NCBI GenBank assembly: GCA_902593165.1 | Contig: CACJHI010000005.1 | Location: 9,238 to 73,237, forward strand | Length of the DNA: 64,000 nucleotides | Source: an uncultured Bacteroidota bacterium | GTDB lineage: Bacteria > Bacteroidota > Bacteroidia > Flavobacteriales > Flavobacteriaceae | Direction: 5' to 3' | In this document: in pieces, positions 57,975-64,000 of the stretch | How positions within the stretch are numbered: position 1 is the stretch's first letter | Layout of the letters: every line of letters begins with the position of its first letter | Translations under genes and position numbers: made by a program | The notes under the pieces: model-generated | What the model saw: only the letters and a program-made list of their open reading frames with translations | The model's database searches: none | Told to the model about the DNA's origin: nothing

Positions 57975-59621
57975 CTAGTCTAAACCAGGTATAACTTGAC
58001 TTATAACTGATGAGTCATTGTTAATTTCCCAATGAAAAAGTGTCATAGGAATGTTCCCAACACTTATTAGTTTATTAAAGAAACTCTTCAAATCAGCTGA
58101 TATATTATTCTCATTTAATCGAGAAAATTCAGCAAGTGCATTTTCAAATAAATACTTTCCAGTTATGTAGCTAGTCCCGTAACCAGGCTGTCTTAAGTAT
58201 AAATGCTGTTCAAATATTAAAAGTTCTTTCTCTGTTTTCATCCAACCTCTAGGGGTATACTCAGAATGAATTTTTCCTGCTTCTTCCATGCTCATTAAAT
58301 TTGCATGCGCATATAAAGAGCCTAATCCCCTTGCTGCTCTTTGGGCAATTAATATATATACTATTTCTTTTGACCTAGGACTATTTTCATAAAGTCCTGC
58401 CTGCATAAACATTTCCTCTACACCAGTTGCTACTCCCTCGTTTCTGCTATCAAAAATGTTATACAATAGAGGTTCTTTCCTTATAATATTTTGACTTGGA
58501 TTAAAATCCATTTCAGCCAGTTCAAACCAATGAAAAAAGTGAGAGAAAAGTGGCTTTGGGTCAAGGTGTGCAGTTATCCAAAAAAAGTTTCTTTTATCTT
58601 CAGGAATATAGCCCCCAAGATGTTCATTAAGGGCATCCTTATAAAAATCTTTTACATCAAGTATTTGTTCTTTATCTAGAAAATTTAGTAATTCCTTTGA
58701 AGCTTGATTTACAAGAAGATCATATTCTTCTGAAGTAGATGCAGGAATCAGCTTTGGCAAGTTCCTATTCTTATGTTCTTCTAATTTTAATGATGCCCAG
58801 GCTCTGGCAAGCTCTCTTTTTAAAATCATTACTTCATCATCCCATGTTAGTGGTACAAGATGAACATTTTGCTGATACCAGGTATAATTTTCTTTTCCAA
58901 TTCCAGAGGGTCCATCTTTTTTTGAAGACTCAGTTTTTAACCACTCTGAAAAACTCTCTGTAGATTCAATAGCTTTATTTATAGTATTAACTAGACTCTT
59001 ATTATTATTTACATCAGGATAATTCAATATTGATTTTAGGTCTATAGTTTGCCTATCAATATCTCTTATCCCAGCAATCCAAAGATCTTTTGCATTTCCT
59101 GTTAAATTTGATTTTGCTTGCTCATTTAATATGGGTATTACTTGAAGTTGCTTATCAAGTTTAGATGACTCATTTTTTGAAAGTGGAAAATTATACTGCC
59201 ATATTTCAATAACACTATGGTGTGTAGGGCCCTCGTGAGCTGGAACATCACTTCTATACATCCATACTGATTTATAATATGCTGGATCTCTTTCCCATGG
59301 TTTTAGAACTCTAAAATTAAATTCAAAACCGTTCATTTCAGCCCATATTATTGACCAGTCAATTTTGCTTTTAGTTTCTAAATCTGATTTATCTATCTTA
59401 ATGAGTCTATCTCTCAACTTTCTATATTCAGGCATTCTATTTTTGAAGGTTTCATTTGAATAATCTGGAGCTCCATTTTTTAATGGCGGGATTTCAAATT
59501 GACGCCAATCATTATACAATTCCTCTAACTCCTGTCTATTATTTTCTTGGGAAGACAAGAATTCATTAGTTACAAGAGAAAGAATTAACGTTAAAGAACA
59601 AATTAAATAAGGCTTTTTCAT
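57975..59621 (-). CDS. DUF885-family secreted protein
   Basis: NEGVATGVEEMF, RAARGLGSLYAH and YLRQPGYGTSYITG align by eye with the DUF885 blocks EGWAxYxE, RAxRxxxDxGxH and PGQAxSYxxG. Confidence 0.5.
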   Translation of the reverse strand: MKKPYLICSLTLILSLVTNEFLSSQENNRQELEELYNDWRQFEIPPLKNGAPDYSNETFKNRMPEYRKLRDRLIKIDKSDLETKSKIDWSIIWAEMNGFEFNFRVLKPWERDPAYYKSVWMYRSDVPAHEGPTHHSVIEIWQYNFPLSKNESSKLDKQLQVIPILNEQAKSNLTGNAKDLWIAGIRDIDRQTIDLKSILNYPDVNNNKSLVNTINKAIESTESFSEWLKTESSKKDGPSGIGKENYTWYQQNVHLVPLTWDDEVMILKRELARAWASLKLEEHKNRNLPKLIPASTSEEYDLLVNQASKELLNFLDKEQILDVKDFYKDALNEHLGGYIPEDKRNFFWITAHLDPKPLFSHFFHWFELAEMDFNPSQNIIRKEPLLYNIFDSRNEGVATGVEEMFMQAGLYENSPRSKEIVYILIAQRAARGLGSLYAHANLMSMEEAGKIHSEYTPRGWMKTEKELLIFEQHLYLRQPGYGTSYITGKYLFENALAEFSRLNENNISADLKSFFNKLISVGNIPMTLFHWEINNDSSVISQVIPGLD

Positions 59622-59666
59622 AATAACAATTTATGAAAAAAGGTTTTAAAATTATACCTTAGATAT

Positions 59667-60446
59667 ATGAGACCTTACATATTTGTTAGCTTAATCAGCA
59701 TTCTATCTATTTACTGCGGTACTGAAAAAGAAGAATGGACATCTCTTTTTGATGGAGAAAGTCTTAGTGGATGGGAGATGAAAATTGCTGGGTATGAGTT
59801 AAATAATAATTACAGAAATACATTTAGTGTAAAAGATGGAGTAATTAGAGTTTCTTACAGTGAATATGACTCATTTGATGAAAAGTTTGGGCATCTTTTT
59901 TATACAGAAAAGAAGTTCAAAAATTATCACTTAAAGATGGACTATAGGTTCTATGGTGAGCATGCAAATCAATTAAAAAACGAAGATGAAGCATGGAATT
60001 ATAAAAATAGTGGTGTAATGCTTCATTCGGAAGATCCATCCAAAATGTTCCTTGATCAAGAGTTCCCAGTAAGTATAGAAGCACAATTTTTAGGAGGATC
60101 AGGAGAAAGAGATAGACCAACTTTAAATATGTGTTCACCTGGAACTGAAGTTGATATTAATGGATCTCAAGCTTTGAAACATTGTATTTCTTCTAATTCT
60201 AAAACATACCACAATGAAGATTGGGTTAGTGTTGAATTTATTGTTTATTCAGATTCCATTGTTCACCACGTAATTGATAAAGACACAGTCATGACATACT
60301 CAAATATTAAAATTGGTGGAGGCTATTTATCTGATAACTTTACAAATAGAATTGGTGAGCCACTTGAGCAAGGGTACATTTCACTTCAGTCTGAAGGTCA
60401 TCCAATAGAATTTAAAAACATAAGAATAAGAGAACTTATTGAGTAA
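59667..60446 (+). CDS. DUF1080 (3-keto-disaccharide hydrolase-like) domain protein
   Basis: WTSLFDGESLSGWEM, FSVKDGVIRV, NSGVMLHS, GYISLQSEGHPIEFKNIRIREL. Confidence 0.75.
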   Translation: MRPYIFVSLISILSIYCGTEKEEWTSLFDGESLSGWEMKIAGYELNNNYRNTFSVKDGVIRVSYSEYDSFDEKFGHLFYTEKKFKNYHLKMDYRFYGEHANQLKNEDEAWNYKNSGVMLHSEDPSKMFLDQEFPVSIEAQFLGGSGERDRPTLNMCSPGTEVDINGSQALKHCISSNSKTYHNEDWVSVEFIVYSDSIVHHVIDKDTVMTYSNIKIGGGYLSDNFTNRIGEPLEQGYISLQSEGHPIEFKNIRIRELIE

Positions 60447-60894
60447 CACAATGCAAGTAAGAGAAGCTAAATTGTCTGATCTAGAAAATCTATCCGGTTT
60501 GTTCAATTCTTATAGAATGTTTTATGGAAAAAAATCTGACTTAAAAATTGCTGAAGAATTCTTAAGATCCAGAATTGAAAATAAAGATTCCAAAATATTT
60601 GTTTGTGATTTAAACAATGAATTATCTGGCTTTGTACAATTATATCCAATATTCTCATCAACTAGAGTTAGTAAATATTGGCTACTAAATGATTTATTTG
60701 TAGATATTAAAAAAAGAGGTAAAGGATACTCAAAGCTACTAATTGACAGGTCTAAAGAACTTGTACTAGAATCGAAGGCATGTGGTATGATGCTAGAAAC
60801 TGAAAAGTCAAATGATATCGGCAATATGTTATATCCATCAACAGGTTTTAAAAAGAATGAATTATGTAATTTTTATGAATGGATTCCTAATTAA
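60439..60894 (+). CDS. GNAT-family N-acetyltransferase
   Basis: 151 aa with an acetyl-CoA binding block VDIKKRGKGYSKLLI. Confidence 0.7.
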   Translation: MSNTMQVREAKLSDLENLSGLFNSYRMFYGKKSDLKIAEEFLRSRIENKDSKIFVCDLNNELSGFVQLYPIFSSTRVSKYWLLNDLFVDIKKRGKGYSKLLIDRSKELVLESKACGMMLETEKSNDIGNMLYPSTGFKKNELCNFYEWIPN

Positions 60895-61672
60895 TAATTC
60901 TTTTTAAGTATACTGATGTAGCCTTATCTGCAATTTCTTGAAGAAGCATCTTGTCCTCTTCATCTATGGCCCCATAGTAATCATATTTTAGGCCTATTGG
61001 AGATGTTCTATATATACTTGCAAAAACAGTACATGCTGCCAAGTATGTTCCTTTAAGATTTGGATGTGTCCCATCATCTTGATGAAGTTTTATGTCTGGG
61101 AATTCCTTATATGCAATATCAAAAGCTAAGCCAACAGGAATTACAAGAACATTATTTTCTTTACCAACTTTTGTATAGATATCTTCAATAATTCTTATTT
61201 GATTATCTTCAAAATCTTTATGTGGTTTAACATAAGCATGAGTCATATAAAGAGCTGCTTTAGAATTATTTGCCTTGATAGATTCTATATGTTTTTTAGC
61301 AAAGTATGAGAACTCTTTTCGGTTTTCTTTAGTTAATGGCTCAGAGCTTCCACCTTGGAGAATAACTAAATCAAATTTTTTAATTGAACTGATTGCTCCT
61401 GGCTTAATAAGTCTTTCAACGTCATGATGTTTTAATCTTGCCCCACCAATTGTTGCAGATTTTACAGATGCTCCACCATCATAATCCTCAAGATACTCCT
61501 CAACCATACGTTTGAAATGATTGTGAAGACTATCACCATAATATAAGTAACTGTTACCAATAAATAATATTGTTCTTGGTTCTTGATTTCTATCTTGACC
61601 TTCAACCTCCTGAGATAACAACGAGTTTGAAAAGATTAATAGTATTACAAAAAAATTTAAAATATTTTTCAT
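60887..61672 (-). CDS. SGNH/GDSL-like hydrolase, secreted
   Basis: ILFIGNSYLY (block I), QGGS, DGTHPN (block V-like). Confidence 0.5.
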   Translation of the reverse strand: MKNILNFFVILLIFSNSLLSQEVEGQDRNQEPRTILFIGNSYLYYGDSLHNHFKRMVEEYLEDYDGGASVKSATIGGARLKHHDVERLIKPGAISSIKKFDLVILQGGSSEPLTKENRKEFSYFAKKHIESIKANNSKAALYMTHAYVKPHKDFEDNQIRIIEDIYTKVGKENNVLVIPVGLAFDIAYKEFPDIKLHQDDGTHPNLKGTYLAACTVFASIYRTSPIGLKYDYYGAIDEEDKMLLQEIADKATSVYLKRIIN

Positions 61673-61745
61673 TGTTTTTATTTCAAGAAGGTAAATATTC
61701 TTTTAATTTTAACCAAGTTTCGTTTAATCCCCAAAAATTTAAAAT

Positions 61746-62951
61746 ATGTCGATAGATAAAAGAGAGTTTGATATCATAATCTGGGGTGCAACTGGGTTTA
61801 CGGGTAGACTTGTTGCTGAATATTTATCTCAAAATTATAGTCCTAATGAATTGAAATGGGCTATAGCAGGAAGAGATGCCGATAAGCTTAATAAAATAAG
61901 AGACAAATACCTTAATGAAAAAATTCCAATAATTATTGCAGACAGCTTTGATGAAGTTAGCTTAGGCAAAATGACAAAAAGAACTAAGGTAATATGCACT
62001 ACGGTTGGCCCATATGCAAAATATGGATCTCTAATTGTAAAGTCATGTGTTAGTTCAAAAACACATTATTGTGATCTGGCCGGTGAAGCACAGTGGATTA
62101 GAAAAATGATTGATCTTCATCATGAAGATGCTAAAGATAATAAAGTAAGAATAGTTAATTCTTGTGGTTTTGATTCCATACCATCAGATCTTGGTGTCTA
62201 TTATATTCATAAAAATATTTCCAAAAAAAACCTCTCAATAAGAATGAGGGTTACAGGTGCAAAAGGGACCTACAGTGGTGGAACATATGCAAGTATGCAA
62301 AATATAATCAAGGAGGCATTTAAAGATAGGGAGGTAAGAAAAAGTTTAACTAATCCTTACGGACTAAATCCTGTTGGGCAACAAAATGGACTTGATAAGA
62401 GAGATTTAAGATCTGTGAAATATGATAAAAGAATTAAAAGCTGGATATCCCCTTTTTTAATGGCTGGAATTAATACCCGAATTGTTAGAAGGAGTAATGC
62501 ATTAAGTAATTTCAGTTATGGAAAAGAATTTACATATAACGAAGCCGTAATGACTGGGAAAGGATTTAAAGGAAGATTAAATGGAATTTTTCTATCAATT
62601 CCTCTTATGTTTCTTGCCGCAAAACCAGGATCTTTCTTTAATAAAATTTTTAATATTATTTCTCCTAAACCAGGACAGGGCCCAAATAAAAAAGAAAGAG
62701 AAAATGGATATTTTAGTTTACGATTTTTTGTTTTTCAAAAAGATGGTAATAAATCAATTTTCAAAGTAACTGGTGATAAAGATCCTGGTTATGGCTCTAC
62801 CTCTAAGATGTTGGCTGAAAGTGCTGTATGCCTTGCAAAAGATAGACTAGAAGAGAACTATGGTGTACTAACACCATCTTATGCTATGGGTGATAATATC
62901 CTCGATAGACTTGTTTCAAATGCTGGATTAACATTTAATAAAATTAAATAA
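61746..62951 (+). CDS. Saccharopine dehydrogenase-like NAD(P)-binding oxidoreductase
   Basis: FDIIIWGATGFTGRLVAEYL Rossmann motif; length and SCGFDSIPSD block typical of the family. Confidence 0.7.
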   Translation: MSIDKREFDIIIWGATGFTGRLVAEYLSQNYSPNELKWAIAGRDADKLNKIRDKYLNEKIPIIIADSFDEVSLGKMTKRTKVICTTVGPYAKYGSLIVKSCVSSKTHYCDLAGEAQWIRKMIDLHHEDAKDNKVRIVNSCGFDSIPSDLGVYYIHKNISKKNLSIRMRVTGAKGTYSGGTYASMQNIIKEAFKDREVRKSLTNPYGLNPVGQQNGLDKRDLRSVKYDKRIKSWISPFLMAGINTRIVRRSNALSNFSYGKEFTYNEAVMTGKGFKGRLNGIFLSIPLMFLAAKPGSFFNKIFNIISPKPGQGPNKKERENGYFSLRFFVFQKDGNKSIFKVTGDKDPGYGSTSKMLAESAVCLAKDRLEENYGVLTPSYAMGDNILDRLVSNAGLTFNKIK

Positions 62952-62983
62952 AGAAATAAGACTAGTCTTGAAAAAGTTTATGA

Positions 62984-63424
62984 CTATTTTGTTTTAAGAT
63001 TATACCAAGAAGAGATTAATGTAATAGGGAACCAAGACTTATTTTTATTACAATATATTAAGTGCCTTGTTGACTTAGGCTCTAAAAGATTATTTTTCTT
63101 TGAATTTGAGATTATTTGATTTTTTGAAAATGTATCATTCTCATCTGTAATAATTTTATCAGAAAAATAATTTATCAATGTCACAGGCACTTTATCATAA
63201 CCTAATTCTTTTAATGCTATATATCTGTGATGTCCATCTATAATTAAACTAGACTCACTGCAAATTAAAATTGTGGATATTATCAGATGCTGATCTTTGT
63301 ATTTTAAACTACTTTTTAAAATCTCTTTTTTATCAATTAGTACTTTTTCATGAGGTACTAAAGAATCAACATACACCTCATCGATTCCTATAATTATGTC
63401 TTTGTCTATATCTATTGAGTACAT
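62984..63424 (-). CDS. ParB/Sulfiredoxin-fold small protein
   Basis: LVPHEKV and IIDGHHRYIALKELGYDKVPV motifs. Confidence 0.5.
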   Translation of the reverse strand: MYSIDIDKDIIIGIDEVYVDSLVPHEKVLIDKKEILKSSLKYKDQHLIISTILICSESSLIIDGHHRYIALKELGYDKVPVTLINYFSDKIITDENDTFSKNQIISNSKKNNLLEPKSTRHLIYCNKNKSWFPITLISSWYNLKTK

Positions 63425-63427
63425 ATT

Positions 63428-64000
63428 TTACTCTTGAACTATTGCTTCTGCTTCAATTTCAACAAGGTATTCATCCCCAACTAATTTTGCTTGAACTAAT
63501 GTGTTTGCCGGATTAATATTTTTAAATCTTTTGCCATGAGTTTCAGCAATTTTTTTCCAATCTTCAATGTTTTTTACAAAAACTCTTGTTTTTACAACAT
63601 CAGATAATTTGCCTCCCAATGAAGAGATTGAAGCTTCAATTTTATCAATTACAAAGTCTGTTTGAGCTACTGGATCTCCTAGGCCAATAACTTTATCTTC
63701 ATGAGTTGCAGTTGTGCCAGACACAATGATTCTATTTCCATGTTTAACTGCTCTTGAATAACTTGCCATTTTTTCCCAACTTGTATTACTTGAAATGTTT
63801 TTTCTCATATTATCAATTTTTTTAACCTTGAATACATTTGGAATAGAATCAAGATGATGACTCAAATCTCCTGATGCTGTTAAAAATGGTGGTTTTCTGT
63901 ATTCATCCCCACAATCTCCAGGTACTTTCTTTAATAAATTTAATGATTTAGAAATTAATTCTTTTTCACTTATAGAGAGATTAATGTCAATGATTTCTTT
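63428..64000 (-). CDS. RidA/YjgF-family domain ORF, open to the right window edge
   Basis: WEKMASYSRAVKHGNRIIVSGTTA and the C-terminal EIEAEA block. The same frame has no stop from 64000 down to 63428 (own translation), so the 5' end is undetermined. Confidence 0.7.
   Translation of the reverse strand, partial: KEIIDINLSISEKELISKSLNLLKKVPGDCGDEYRKPPFLTASGDLSHHLDSIPNVFKVKKIDNMRKNISSNTSWEKMASYSRAVKHGNRIIVSGTTATHEDKVIGLGDPVAQTDFVIDKIEASISSLGGKLSDVVKTRVFVKNIEDWKKIAETHGKRFKNINPANTLVQAKLVGDEYLVEIEAEAIVQE

Noticed and set aside
62958-62969. 12-bp palindrome AAGACTAGTCTT between convergent genes as a terminator
   Set aside because: There is no loop, so at most a 4-bp stem could form, and no U-tract follows. 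That is too weak to call.

Overview
This window is AT-rich (roughly 30% GC by eye, not computed) and extremely gene-dense, with many 1-20 nt gene overlaps. Several signals point to a streamlined marine Flavobacteriia (Bacteroidota) chromosome: a b558-type sdhC, TonB-dependent receptors, many lipobox lipoproteins, a TAnnTTTG promoter motif and no obvious Shine-Dalgarno sites. Left to right, the window contains: nrdB-nrdA, dCMP deaminase and a bacilliredoxin; an orphan histidine kinase; an FbpABC-type Fe(3+) importer; a divergent five-gene DUF4856 / imelysin / HTTM / TonB-receptor / DCC cluster; a nine-gene hemA-C-D-B-L-E-N-H-Y operon followed by an AraC regulator; housekeeping genes (antiporter, xth, glyQS); and an sdhC-A-B operon. 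That sdh operon is interrupted by an S10 carboxypeptidase, and its sdhA carries an integrase-arm-like N-terminal extension. Next come a sortilin/BNR protein, pepP, SCO and rseP; a His-rich TonB receptor preceded by a 45-aa Asp/His mini-lipoprotein; and tRNA-Asn. The right end holds small orphan lipoproteins, a Kazal inhibitor, an exported ADP-ribosylglycohydrolase, a Met/His-rich small outer-membrane-like protein and miscellaneous enzymes. I saw no rRNA, CRISPR array, intact transposase or prophage. The most interesting items are: (1) the uncharacterised HTTM (vitamin-K carboxylase fold) + DCC + imelysin + DUF4856 + TonB-receptor cluster, placed between an iron importer and the full heme operon and fronted by a strong palindromic operator array; (2) the His-rich receptor / mini-lipoprotein metal module with perfect in-frame tandem repeats; (3) the remodelled sdh operon; (4) a GGGG(C/T)ACA direct-repeat motif shared by two otherwise unrelated upstream regions. 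All functional calls rest on motif recognition by eye and no searches were run.
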